A DNA stretch of 64,000 nt from Spirochaetia bacterium (lineage in GTDB: Bacteria; Spirochaetota; Spirochaetia; SZUA-6; Bin103): NCBI GenBank assembly GCA_965203055.1, contig OZ241863.1, positions 96,001-160,000 on the forward strand. The letters are read 5' to 3'. The stretch's first letter is position 1. Each line of letters starts with the position of its first letter. Shown piece after piece: positions 39,418 through 49,035 of the stretch. The notes under the pieces are model-generated. The model was not told the origin of the DNA and did not search any database. It worked only from the letters and a program-made list of their open reading frames with translations. Made by a program: the position numbers and the translations under genes.

Positions 39418-40710
39418 ATGGCGGTCTCGAAGCCGCTCCACGGAGTCACGGTGCTGGACCTGACGCGCGTCCTCGCCGGGCCCTTCTGCACCATGGTGCT
39501 GCGCGACCTGGGCGCCGACGTGATCAAGGTGGAGCCGCCGGAAGGCGATGAGGCGCGCGGCTTCGGACCGTTCCTGCCGGGCGAGGAAGCCGGCAAGCGC
39601 GGCGCTTCGGCCTACTTTACCAGCCTCAACTGCGGCAAGCGCTCGGTGGTGCTGGACCTGAAGCGCGGCGGCGGGCGGACCGCGCTGGCCGAGCTGATCC
39701 GCCGCGCCGACGTCCTGGTGGAAAACTTCCGGCCCGGCACCCTGGCGCGACTCGGCTTCCCGCCGGAGCGCCTGCAGCAGCTCAACCCGCGGCTGGTGTA
39801 CGCCGCGGTCAGCGGTTTCGGCGCCACCGGCCCCGCGGCCCAGCGCCCGGCCTACGACCTGATCATCCAGGCACTGTCGGGCCTGATGTCGATCACCGGC
39901 ACCGCGCCGGACGAGGCGGCGGCGGACCCGGCGCAGGGCGGCGCGGCGCAGCGCGGGCGGCGGGTGCGCGTCGGCACCTCGATCGCCGACATCGTCAGCG
40001 GCCTGTACGCCGCCATCGGCATCGCCGCGGCCCTGGTCCGGCGCGCGCAGAGCGGACCGGGGGCGCAGCTCGACCTGGGAATGCTGGATGCCACCGTCTC
40101 GGTACTGGAAAACGCGATCGCCCGCTATCAGGTCACCGGCTCGGCGCCGGAACCGCTGGGCACGCGCCATCCCTCCATTACCCCGTTCGAGACCTATGCC
40201 ACCGCCGACGACGAGATCGTGGTGGCGGCCGGCAACGACCGCCTGTTCGCGGCCCTGTGCGCGGCGCTCGAGCGGCGCGAGCTGGTGAACGACCCGCGCT
40301 TCGCCGGCAACGCCGCCCGCAACGAGCACGCGGCGGCGCTGAAGGGGGAGTTGGAGAGCGTGTTGGCGCGCCGCTCCAGCCGTACCTGGCTGCCGCGGCT
40401 GGCCGCGGCCGGCGTCCCCGCGGCGGCGGTGAACACGGTGGCGGACCTGTTCCACGACCCGCAGCTCGCGGCGCGCGGCATGTTGCTGCCGGTGAGCGGC
40501 AGCGGCGGCCTGCTGGTTCCCGGCAGCCCGCTCAAGTTCGCCGGCAGCGCGCCGGAGCGGGCGCGGCCGCCGGCGCCGGCGCTCGGCGAGCATACCGAGC
40601 AGGTGTTGGCCGAGCTGGCCGCGGCCCGCGCACAGGGCGGGCCGGGCGGGCCGGAAGGCGCACCGCCGCAGCGCGGCGCCTCACCGGCAACGGGCGGCGG
40701 CCCAGCGTAG
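39418..40710 (+). CDS. CaiB/BaiF family III CoA transferase
   Basis: VLDLTRVLAGP, DVIKVEPP.GD, NCGKRS, VENFRPG, SIADIVSG. Confidence 0.92.
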   Translation: MAVSKPLHGVTVLDLTRVLAGPFCTMVLRDLGADVIKVEPPEGDEARGFGPFLPGEEAGKRGASAYFTSLNCGKRSVVLDLKRGGGRTALAELIRRADVLVENFRPGTLARLGFPPERLQQLNPRLVYAAVSGFGATGPAAQRPAYDLIIQALSGLMSITGTAPDEAAADPAQGGAAQRGRRVRVGTSIADIVSGLYAAIGIAAALVRRAQSGPGAQLDLGMLDATVSVLENAIARYQVTGSAPEPLGTRHPSITPFETYATADDEIVVAAGNDRLFAALCAALERRELVNDPRFAGNAARNEHAAALKGELESVLARRSSRTWLPRLAAAGVPAAAVNTVADLFHDPQLAARGMLLPVSGSGGLLVPGSPLKFAGSAPERARPPAPALGEHTEQVLAELAAARAQGGPGGPEGAPPQRGASPATGGGPA

Positions 40711-41091
40711 CGCGGCGGCTACCCGGTCACCGAGCAGGGCGGCCCCGTCGGCGGCGCTGACCCAACGGTACTCGTGGTGCTCCGGGCGGCCCAGCTCGGG
40801 GCTGACCGGCAGGGTCACCGCCGCCTGGCCGGTACGGCCCAGGTAGTAGCGCGCCACCTTGCCGCCGGCATACGGCGCGGTCTCGTAATAGTCGCCGCCC
40901 CACGCCAACTCCACCTGCTCGATGCCGGTCTCTTCGCGCAGTTCGCGCACGGCCGCGGCCAGCGGCTCCTCGCCGGGCGCGACCAGTCCCTTGGGAAAAT
41001 CCCAGTAGCGGTACGCGCGCAACAGCAGGAAGCGCGGGCCGGCGGCGGTGGCGCGCACCGGGACGATACCGGCGGAGAGACGCGCCGCCAT
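40681..41091 (-). CDS. NUDIX hydrolase (asymmetric Ap4A hydrolase-like)
   Basis: WDFPKG...GE..LAAAVRELREETG Nudix box; EHHEYRW. Confidence 0.88.
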   Translation of the reverse strand: MAARLSAGIVPVRATAAGPRFLLLRAYRYWDFPKGLVAPGEEPLAAAVRELREETGIEQVELAWGGDYYETAPYAGGKVARYYLGRTGQAAVTLPVSPELGRPEHHEYRWVSAADGAALLGDRVAAALRWAAARCR

Positions 41092-41117
41092 ATTCCGGGA
41101 TTCCGGGCCGGGGCGCG

Positions 41118-42536
41118 CTACTCCGGCAGGTGGAACACCGCCATCTTGGTCTCGGTCATCTCCTGCACCGCGTACTTGGGGCCCTCCTTGCCCATGCCGC
41201 TCTCCTTCACGCCGCCGTACGGCATCATGTCGGCGCGCCATTGGGTGCCCCAGTTCACGTGCAGGTTGCCCGACTCGCACTCGCGCACGAATTTCATCGC
41301 CCAATCCACGTTCTGGGTGAAGATGGCGGCGCTCAAGCCGTAGTTGGTGTCGTTGGCCGCGGCGATGGCGGCGTCCAGGTCGGGCGCCTGCGAGACCCCG
41401 ACCACCGGGCCGAAGATCTCGTCGCAGGAGATGCGCATCTCGGGACTGACGTCGGCCACCAGGGTGGGTTCGAACAGTTGGCCGGTACGGTCGCCGCCGG
41501 CCAGCACGCGGGCGCCGGCGCCGGTTGCCTCGCCGAGCCAGCCGGCGATTCGCTCCGAATCCTCCTCACGGATCATCGGCCCCATACCGGTGCTCTCGTG
41601 CAGCGGATTGCCGGTGGAAATGGCCGCGGTGGCCGCGGTCATGGCTTCCAGCAGGTCGCCGTAGATGTCGCGATGGGCGATGACGCGCTGAGTGGAGATG
41701 CACACCTGACCGGCGTTGGAGAAGCCGCTCTGGGCGGCGGCCTTGGCCACCCGCTCCGGGTCGGCGTCCGGCATCACGATCAGCGGCGAGTTGGAGCCCA
41801 GCTCCATGGTCACCCGCTTCAGTCCGGCCACCTTGCAGATCTGCTCGCCGATGTCGCGGCTGCCGGTGAAGGTGATCTTGCGCACTCGGGGGTCGGCGCA
41901 CAATGCGTTGCCGATGGCGCCGCCGGGGCCGGTCAGACACTGCACCGCCTCGGGCGCCGCCCCCGCCTCGACGAACAGCTCGATCAGCTTCAGGGCCGAC
42001 AGCGGGGTGTCGGTGGCCGGCTTGAGAATGCAGGCGTTGCCGGCGGCGAAGGCCGGGCCCACTTTGTGGCACACCAGGTGGAGCGGAAAGTTGAAGGGGC
42101 TGATACCCACCACGATGCCGCACGGCACGCGCACCGTGAAGCCGAGCTTGCCGCTTACGCCGGGGGCGCCGTCCAACGGTATCACCTCGCTGCCGAGGCG
42201 CTTCGCCTCCTCCGCCGAGAGCATGATGATCTCCGCCGCGCGGGTCGCTTCGATCTGCGCTTCGGCGAGGATCTTGCCCTCCTCCAGGGTGATGGTGCGC
42301 GCCAGGTCGGCGGCCCGTTCGCGCATCAGGTCGGCCACCTTGTGAAGTATCTCGTAGCGCTGATAGCCGGTGAGCCCGCGCATGATGGCGGCGCCCCGTT
42401 GCGCGGTCGCCAGCGCCTCCTCCACGTCGTCCAGATCCGAGCGCGGCACCGTGTCCACGACGGAGCCGTCGAACGGGTTGCGCACCTCGATCTTCTCCGC
42501 CCTGTCTACCCACTTGCCGCCGAGCAGCATTTTCAT
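41118..42536 (-). CDS. Aldehyde dehydrogenase
   Basis: SPFNFP, FTGS, MELGSN, AGQVCIS, EIFGP, PYGGVKESG. Confidence 0.93.
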   Translation of the reverse strand: MKMLLGGKWVDRAEKIEVRNPFDGSVVDTVPRSDLDDVEEALATAQRGAAIMRGLTGYQRYEILHKVADLMRERAADLARTITLEEGKILAEAQIEATRAAEIIMLSAEEAKRLGSEVIPLDGAPGVSGKLGFTVRVPCGIVVGISPFNFPLHLVCHKVGPAFAAGNACILKPATDTPLSALKLIELFVEAGAAPEAVQCLTGPGGAIGNALCADPRVRKITFTGSRDIGEQICKVAGLKRVTMELGSNSPLIVMPDADPERVAKAAAQSGFSNAGQVCISTQRVIAHRDIYGDLLEAMTAATAAISTGNPLHESTGMGPMIREEDSERIAGWLGEATGAGARVLAGGDRTGQLFEPTLVADVSPEMRISCDEIFGPVVGVSQAPDLDAAIAAANDTNYGLSAAIFTQNVDWAMKFVRECESGNLHVNWGTQWRADMMPYGGVKESGMGKEGPKYAVQEMTETKMAVFHLPE

Positions 42537-43126
42537 TGTTGAACGTCCTCCTGCGGCGCCCGGGCGGCGCCGCTCACGCTCCTATTATCCCGCGCCGGCG
42601 GCGGGTCTGCCAATCGGGCGCGCGCGCGACCGGCGTGCTCGGCGGCGGGCAGGTCCACCACCAGCCAGGCGCCCTCCCGCGCTACCGGATAGGTCTCCGC
42701 CACGTACGGCCCCCTGACCAGGCCCGGCGCCGGCGGGTCGCCCGCCAACTCCGCGTCCGCCAACTCCTCGGCGGCCACCAGCGCCACCTCGTAGCGGCTC
42801 ACCTTGAGGCGCTCGGGGAGGCACCACGACTGGCCGGTGCGCAGGTGAAACTCCCAGCCGTGCCACGGACAGGCCACCACTTCGCGGCTCGCCCGGTAGC
42901 GGTACTCGCCCGGTGCCGGCGACTGCAGCACGCCCCACAGGCGGCCCTCGCACAGCGCGCCGCCCTGGTGCGGGCAGCGGTTGCGCAGGGCGAAGAACTC
43001 GCCGCCGACGTTGAACACGCCGATCGAGCGCCCGGCCACGGTCACGATCTTGCGCCCGCCGGGCGGAATCTCACCCGCTTGCGCGACGGCGTAGCGCGCG
43101 GTTCGCGGGCGCTGCGCCGCGCTCAC
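42533..43126 (-). CDS. Rieske (2Fe-2S) ferredoxin
   Basis: NRCPHQG...ACPWHGWEF; GTG start overlaps the amidohydrolase stop. Confidence 0.88.
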   Translation of the reverse strand: MSAAQRPRTARYAVAQAGEIPPGGRKIVTVAGRSIGVFNVGGEFFALRNRCPHQGGALCEGRLWGVLQSPAPGEYRYRASREVVACPWHGWEFHLRTGQSWCLPERLKVSRYEVALVAAEELADAELAGDPPAPGLVRGPYVAETYPVAREGAWLVVDLPAAEHAGRARARLADPPPARDNRSVSGAARAPQEDVQQ

Positions 43127-44229
43127 GGGCGGCGCGGTTCCAGCCGGTAGAGGGCGCGCGCGTGGTGATAGCGAATGCCCGCCTTGACCTCCTCGGAGAG
43201 GCCGTGCGGCAGCACCAGGTCGGGGTTGTCGCTGTCCCAGTGCGGGTAGTCGCTGGCCAGCAGCAGATGATCCGCCAGCGGCCCGAGGTGCTCCAGCAGG
43301 CAGCGGAAGTCGGCGGCGCGCGGCGGCTCTTCGATCGGCTGGGTAGTCAGGTAGAGGTGTTCGGCAATGATCTCCGAGGGCCGCCGCCGCAGGTGCGGCA
43401 CCTCGGCGCGCAGCAGGTTCCAGGCGGCGTCGAGCCGCCACATCAGCGCCGGCGCCCAGCCGAACGCGTTCTCGATCGAGATCAGCTTGATGCCGAAGCG
43501 GTCGAACACCCCCTCGACCACCAGGCTGGTGACGTTGGCCTGCGCCGCCTGGGCCGGACTGAGATGGTCCTCGATGTAGTAGGAGGCATGTCCGGCGCCG
43601 GTAATCGGGTGGCCGTAGGCGCCGAACGCGTGGGTGGCGACGTGCAGCCCCTCCTCGGCGCACGCCTCGTAGATCGGCCAGTACCGGCGCCGGCCCATCG
43701 GCTCCTGGCTGCGGCCCTTGAACAGCACCTGCACGAACCGCCGGTCGCGCGCGCAGCGCCGCACCTCGGCGGCGGCCGCCGCCGGATCTTCCGTCGCCAG
43801 CACGATCGAGGCGCGCAGCCGCGCATCCCGGTCCAGCCACTCGGCCGCCTGCCACTCGTTGGCGGCGCGCGCCAGCGCGGCGCCCAGTTGCAGGTCGAGC
43901 GCCGCGTTGGCCGGCACCAGCGGATTGAGGATCGCGTAGGCGACGTGGTAGCGGTCGAGGAAGTGGCGGCCGGTGAATTCCACCTCCGACCCGGACTGGC
44001 GCCCCGACGGCGGGCGCGCGTCCTCGCGATGGTCCATGAAGCGGGGATAGTAGCCTCCGTTGGGGGTGCGCAGGCCGAACTGATCCAGGTGCCCGCGCCA
44101 GCGCTGCGCAAGGTAGGGGTAGAGATCCTTCAGGGAGTCGATCTCGTTGTGCAGGTCGCAGTCGATGAGCGCCGGGCGCGCCGGCGCGGGCGGGGAATCG
44201 ATCAGCGGTGCGGTTGCCGTGCGGCTCAT
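43123..44229 (-). CDS. Amidohydrolase_2-fold protein (putative dinuclear oxygenase subunit)
   Basis: IDCDLH, ANEWQ..EWL, THAFG, ENAFGW, TQPIEEP, SDYPHWD. Confidence 0.8.
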   Translation of the reverse strand: MSRTATAPLIDSPPAPARPALIDCDLHNEIDSLKDLYPYLAQRWRGHLDQFGLRTPNGGYYPRFMDHREDARPPSGRQSGSEVEFTGRHFLDRYHVAYAILNPLVPANAALDLQLGAALARAANEWQAAEWLDRDARLRASIVLATEDPAAAAAEVRRCARDRRFVQVLFKGRSQEPMGRRRYWPIYEACAEEGLHVATHAFGAYGHPITGAGHASYYIEDHLSPAQAAQANVTSLVVEGVFDRFGIKLISIENAFGWAPALMWRLDAAWNLLRAEVPHLRRRPSEIIAEHLYLTTQPIEEPPRAADFRCLLEHLGPLADHLLLASDYPHWDSDNPDLVLPHGLSEEVKAGIRYHHARALYRLEPRRP

Positions 44230-44241
44230 GGTGTCGCCTCC

Positions 44242-45261
44242 TCACAGCCGGTAGAGGCTGCGCGCATTTTCGCTTCCGATCATACCTTGCAGTGAATCCG
44301 GCAGGTGCGCCAGCAGGTCGGCCTCGGCGGCGCCGGTATGGGCGTGGGGATAGTCGCTGGCGTAGAGCAGCATGCGCTCCGAGCCGAGCTGGTCGATCAC
44401 TTCCCGCAACTGGCTCACCCGCGGCGGCGCGTCGAGCGGCTGAATCCCGAGGCGCACGTGCTCGCGCACGTATTCCGACGGCGGCCGGCGCACCCAGGGC
44501 ACCAGCCGGCGCAGGTTCCGCCACTCCTTGTCCATCCGCCACAGGTGCGCCGGCAGCCAGGTGAAGCCCGACTCCAGGAACGCCACGCGCAGCCGGGGGA
44601 ATGCGTCGAACACGCCCTCGACTATCAGACTGGAGAGCTGGGTGGCGAATACCTGCGCCATCGCCGCGTACTCCTCGAGGAAGTAGGAGGGCCAGCCGGT
44701 GGGCGTCGGCGGCATCACCGGGGCGCCGCCGAAGTGAATGCCGGCCACCAGCTCGTGACGTTCGATGCACTCCCACAGCGGGTGGAACAGCCTGCTTCCC
44801 AGCGGATGCTCGGTGCGCGCGGGAATCAGCACCTGAACGAATCCCGGCCGCTGCGCCACGCGCTCGATCTCGGCCGCGGCCAGGGCCGGAATCTGAATCG
44901 GGACCACCACCGAACCCCGCAACCGCGGTTCCGGCTCCAGCCACTCGCAGGTCAGCCAGTCGTTGACCGCCGCGGCCAGCGCCGCCGCCACGTCGGGGTG
45001 GTGCATGCTGTCCACCGCGTACAGGCAACTGGAGACCGCGGCCTCCACCGGCGCGGCGTCGAACAGGTCGGCGCGCAGGCGCTGCAGACTGGAACCGGCG
45101 GCCGCGGCCGTGACCGGCGCCCCCTTGGGGTAGTAGTGCACCGCCGGCCCCCGGTCGAGCGTCTGCGAGAAGTGCTCTACCCAGTGCGCGGTGAGGTAGG
45201 GGAACAACTCAGCGATGCGCGGGGTGCGGACGTGCACGTCGGCGTCGATGAGCGGTCCCAC
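44242..45261 (-). CDS. Amidohydrolase_2-fold protein (paralogous partner subunit)
   Basis: IDADVH, VNDWL..EWL, IHFGG, ESGFTW, QPLDAP, SDYPHAH. Confidence 0.8.
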   Translation of the reverse strand: MGPLIDADVHVRTPRIAELFPYLTAHWVEHFSQTLDRGPAVHYYPKGAPVTAAAAGSSLQRLRADLFDAAPVEAAVSSCLYAVDSMHHPDVAAALAAAVNDWLTCEWLEPEPRLRGSVVVPIQIPALAAAEIERVAQRPGFVQVLIPARTEHPLGSRLFHPLWECIERHELVAGIHFGGAPVMPPTPTGWPSYFLEEYAAMAQVFATQLSSLIVEGVFDAFPRLRVAFLESGFTWLPAHLWRMDKEWRNLRRLVPWVRRPPSEYVREHVRLGIQPLDAPPRVSQLREVIDQLGSERMLLYASDYPHAHTGAAEADLLAHLPDSLQGMIGSENARSLYRL

Positions 45262-45268
45262 GGCGCCG

Positions 45269-46345
45269 CTAGTCCTCGTGGTCCGGGCGGGCGGCGCCGC
45301 CGAGCGCCCGGCGCAACGGCTCGATGACCGGCTCCGGGGCCGGTTCCGGCAACGGCAGCGGGCGCCGCTGCAGGGCGCTGCGGTAGGCGGCGAGCAGCAC
45401 CGCGTACTGCTCGGCGGCGCGTTCCAGCGCCAGCGGATGCCCGCGTTCCGGGCGCTCGATCCAGTCCAACACCGAGCCGACCAGGGCCGCCTGCGCGGGC
45501 GCGTCCTGCTCCCAGTAGTCGTGGCTGCCGCGCTGCAGCCGGCCATCGCACAGCGTCTCCCACGACCACATGGTCCAGCTCACGTGGCCGCGTTCGCCGT
45601 AGACGCCGATACGCTTGTGCGCCCACACCTCGCCGCGCGCCGCCGGCGGCGCGTCGGGTTGGCGCGGGGCGCCGCGGCCGCAGCGCAGCAGGGCGCGCAG
45701 GCCGCCGGCGAAGTCGATCGCCGCCAGCAAGTCGTCGGGGGCGTAATGGGCGCGCGGGTTCGGCTGCAAACCTTCGGCGCCGGCGGCCTGCGCCAGCACC
45801 GCGGCGGGGCGCGCCGTACCGGCGAAGGCGAACACCGCCTGCAGGCAATGGGTTCCCTGATAGGCGCCGTTCATGCCGCAGCCGGCGTCGATGAAGCGCA
45901 CCTGGCCGAGGGCGCCCTCCGCCACCAAGCGCTGCAGCCGGCGGCGCGGGGCGTGATAGTGAAGCTGATGGTTGACCGCCACCTTCAGCGGGGAGGCGCG
46001 CGCCAGGGCCGCCAGCGCGGCGCAGTCGGGGCCGTCGATGGCGACCGGCTTCTCCACGATCGCGGCCGGGACCCCGGCGGCCGCCACCTGCTCCAGCACC
46101 TCCAGCCGCGCGCTCGGCGGGGTGTTGACGTGCACCACGTCGGGCCGCTCGCGGGCCAGCATCTCGCGGTAGTCGCGGTAGCGGGCGGGAACCCCGTAGT
46201 CGGCGGCCAGCCGGTCCCGGGGAGCGGCGGTGCGCGCCGCCACCGCCACCAGCCGGGCGCGCGGTTGGTAGCGGTAGGCCAGCGCGTGGTGGCGCGCGCG
46301 GGCGCCGCTCGCGCCGATGATCACGCTCCGGTAGCCGCCGTTCAC
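45269..46345 (-). CDS. Gfo/Idh/MocA family oxidoreductase
   Basis: VIIGASG, YRDYREML, IVEKPVA, VNHQ, G.LGQVRFI. Confidence 0.8.
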   Translation of the reverse strand: MNGGYRSVIIGASGARARHHALAYRYQPRARLVAVAARTAAPRDRLAADYGVPARYRDYREMLARERPDVVHVNTPPSARLEVLEQVAAAGVPAAIVEKPVAIDGPDCAALAALARASPLKVAVNHQLHYHAPRRRLQRLVAEGALGQVRFIDAGCGMNGAYQGTHCLQAVFAFAGTARPAAVLAQAAGAEGLQPNPRAHYAPDDLLAAIDFAGGLRALLRCGRGAPRQPDAPPAARGEVWAHKRIGVYGERGHVSWTMWSWETLCDGRLQRGSHDYWEQDAPAQAALVGSVLDWIERPERGHPLALERAAEQYAVLLAAYRSALQRRPLPLPEPAPEPVIEPLRRALGGAARPDHED

Positions 46346-46465
46346 GACATGCTGATTGTAGCATGCCTTGGGGGGCGGCGCTCCGCGGCTGCCCGGCGTC
46401 AGTGCCGGCGGCGGTTGCCGGCGGCGGCGGTTGCCGGCGGCGGCACTGCGCCATAAGCTGCTGAA

Positions 46466-47212
46466 ATGGCTGATTTCGACGGCAAGGTCGCGCTGGTCAC
46501 GGGCGGCGGCACCGGTATCGGGCGCGCTACGGCGCTGCTGCTTGCGGCGCAAGGGGCGGCGCTGGCCGTCAACTACTCGCGGTCGCGGCAGGAGGCCGAA
46601 GACACCGTTGCCGAGCTGCGCCGCGGCGGCGGGCGCGCTCTGGCGGTGCGGGCCGACGTAGCGGACGACGCCCAGGTGCGCGCCATGGTGGCGGCCACGG
46701 TGGCGGAGTTCGGCCGCCTCGACATTCTGGTGAACAACGCGGGGCGCACCCGGGCGGTGGCGCCGGCGGATCTCGACGCCATCCACGACGAAGACTTCGA
46801 TCAGATCCTGGGCGTCAACCTGAAGGGCACCTTCTTCTGTTCCCGCGCCGCCATACCCGAAATGAAGCGCGGCGGGGGCGGTCACATCGTGAACGTCGGC
46901 TCCATCGCCGGGTTGACCGGTCAGGGCAGCTCGCTGATCTACTCGGCCAGCAAGGCGGCGGTTATGAACCTGACGCGCGGCATGGCGCACAGTCAGGCCC
47001 CGGCGGTGCAGGTCAACTGCGTGGTGCCCGGCCTGGTGGAGACGCGCTGGACCGCCACCGTGAGCGAGGAGTTCGTGCAACGGAACCGCGCCGCCACCCC
47101 CATGGGACGGGCCGCCGCCCCCGCCGACGTGGCCGCGGCCATCGTCGGCCTGCTGCGCAGCACCTTCATCACCGGCGCCAGCCTGGTGGTCGACGGCGGA
47201 CGAACCATCTAG
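46466..47212 (+). CDS. SDR family oxidoreductase
   Basis: TGGGTGIG, NNAG, YSASK. Confidence 0.92.
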   Translation: MADFDGKVALVTGGGTGIGRATALLLAAQGAALAVNYSRSRQEAEDTVAELRRGGGRALAVRADVADDAQVRAMVAATVAEFGRLDILVNNAGRTRAVAPADLDAIHDEDFDQILGVNLKGTFFCSRAAIPEMKRGGGGHIVNVGSIAGLTGQGSSLIYSASKAAVMNLTRGMAHSQAPAVQVNCVVPGLVETRWTATVSEEFVQRNRAATPMGRAAAPADVAAAIVGLLRSTFITGASLVVDGGRTI

Positions 47213-47220
47213 TCCAGCCT

Positions 47221-49035
47221 TCAGCCGGGGAACACTGCCGCCGGGCGGCCCCGGGTTGCGGTCCGCAGGCGGAACAGGCCGCCGGCATGCGGCTGCGCGG
47301 CCAGCGCCGGCCCATCCTGCCCGTAGCGCGCAGTGGTGACGTAGAGCTGATCCAGCGCCGGTCCCCCGAACGCGCACGAAGTAGTCAGGTTGGCCGGTAC
47401 CGGGATGGTCTGCAACAGCGCGCCGGAGGTCGGATGCCAGCGCGTCACGCAGCCGCCGCCCCAGTGCGCCACCCACAAAGTTCCATCGAGCGCGACCGTC
47501 ATGCCGTCAGGGACTCCGCGGTCCGCCGGCAGCGTCACCGCGGGGCGCGGATTGGTGATGTTGCCGCTGGCGGCATCGTAGTCGAAGGCGGTGACCTGCC
47601 GGGTCAGGGAATCGATGTAGTACATGGTGCGGCCGTCGGGGCTCCAGTCCATGCCGTTGGTGTTGTCGATGCCGCTCAGGCGCCTGGTCACGGTCAAGTC
47701 TGGCTCCAGGCTGTACAGGTGGCCCAGCGTGTCGGTGGCGCGGTCGACGGCAATCGACCCGAACCAGAAGCGCCCGGCGGGGTCCACCTTGCCGTCGTTG
47801 AAATGGGTCTCGGGACGATCCGCCTCGATGGCCGCGACGCGCGTCCTGGCGCCGCTGACCGGGTCCAGGTGATAGATGCCCGAGGCGGTCGCCGCCAGCA
47901 GCCCGCCCCCCGCGCGCGGCACCACGCAGCCAACGAACTCGCCGACCTCGACCCGGCCGGCAAGGCCGGAGGCGGGTTGGTAGTGGTGCACGATTCCGGC
48001 GAACAGATCGACCCAGTAGAGCGTCCCGGCGGCGGCGTGCCACACGGGTCCTTCGCCCAGTTCGGCGCGCGCGTCGAGCACCAGTTCCGGCTCCGGCTCT
48101 CGCTCCGGCGCGACCGGCGCCGCCCGCACGCGGGCGGGCGCGGCCCGGGTCCCGCCGGCCGGCGCCGTCCCGGCGCCCCGGGCGCGTTCGGCGCGCTCCT
48201 CCCGGCGCCAACACCGCCACTGTTCCCGTTCCGGGTACTCGCCGCGGTCGCCGGACGCACGCCGCGCCAGCAGCTCCCGGTCCGGCTCGAACAGCCGCGC
48301 CACGCGCCGGTCGCCGCGCGCGCGGGCGGCGCGAATCTCGCGCTGCATGCGTTCCATGCCGTAGGCGTCCCGCTTCGGCAGCCAGCACTTGGTGTAGAAG
48401 TAGCTGACGAAGATACGCAGGCGGCCGCTGCAGTTGCCGGAGGTGCTGTGCAGCAGGGAAGAGTGGATCAACACCGTGTCGCCCGCCGCCAGCTCCACCG
48501 CCTGCTCGCCGGCCTGGATCTTCCCAGGGCCCTCGCTGCCGACCAGCGCGCCGCCGCGGTGGGAGCCGGGAATCACCCGCAGCGGGCCATATTCGGCTCC
48601 CTCCTGCAGGTAGGTGAGCACGTTCACCGCGTTCGGCGGCAGGTAATCATCGGTCCAGCCGGGCAGGCTCCACATGTCGCGGTGCCAGGCGCGCACCGCG
48701 CGCGCTTCGGTTGCGCTGACCGGCGGCGTGACGGCGACCTGCAGACTGTCGAAGCCCACGAACGGCCCCATCAGCTCCTCCAGGAGATCCAGCATCGCCG
48801 GCGCCACCAGCGCGGGGAGAAACAGGTCGGGGCGCTCCTGCAGCAGGCCGCGCAATACCGCCCGCGGCTGCCCCACGCCGCCCCCGCGCTGGTCCTCGCC
48901 CCACTCGCGGCGGTAGCGCTCCTCGAACACCTGCCGCCACTGCTCCAACCAGGCCGCGTTGAAGCCGCGCAGGATGGTGTAGCCGCGCTGCTCGAACTCC
49001 GCCACCCGGGCCGACAGGGTACCGTTCACCGTCAT
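47221..49035 (-). CDS. PhyH-family Fe(II)/2-OG dioxygenase fused to SMP-30/gluconolactonase
   Basis: N-terminal WHRD...IPGSH...LLHSTSGN..R; C-terminal LGEGPVW, FNDGKVDPAGRFW, NGMDWSPDG, PDGM. One continuous frame, ATGA-coupled to the sirtuin. Confidence 0.8.
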   Translation of the reverse strand: MTVNGTLSARVAEFEQRGYTILRGFNAAWLEQWRQVFEERYRREWGEDQRGGGVGQPRAVLRGLLQERPDLFLPALVAPAMLDLLEELMGPFVGFDSLQVAVTPPVSATEARAVRAWHRDMWSLPGWTDDYLPPNAVNVLTYLQEGAEYGPLRVIPGSHRGGALVGSEGPGKIQAGEQAVELAAGDTVLIHSSLLHSTSGNCSGRLRIFVSYFYTKCWLPKRDAYGMERMQREIRAARARGDRRVARLFEPDRELLARRASGDRGEYPEREQWRCWRREERAERARGAGTAPAGGTRAAPARVRAAPVAPEREPEPELVLDARAELGEGPVWHAAAGTLYWVDLFAGIVHHYQPASGLAGRVEVGEFVGCVVPRAGGGLLAATASGIYHLDPVSGARTRVAAIEADRPETHFNDGKVDPAGRFWFGSIAVDRATDTLGHLYSLEPDLTVTRRLSGIDNTNGMDWSPDGRTMYYIDSLTRQVTAFDYDAASGNITNPRPAVTLPADRGVPDGMTVALDGTLWVAHWGGGCVTRWHPTSGALLQTIPVPANLTTSCAFGGPALDQLYVTTARYGQDGPALAAQPHAGGLFRLRTATRGRPAAVFPG

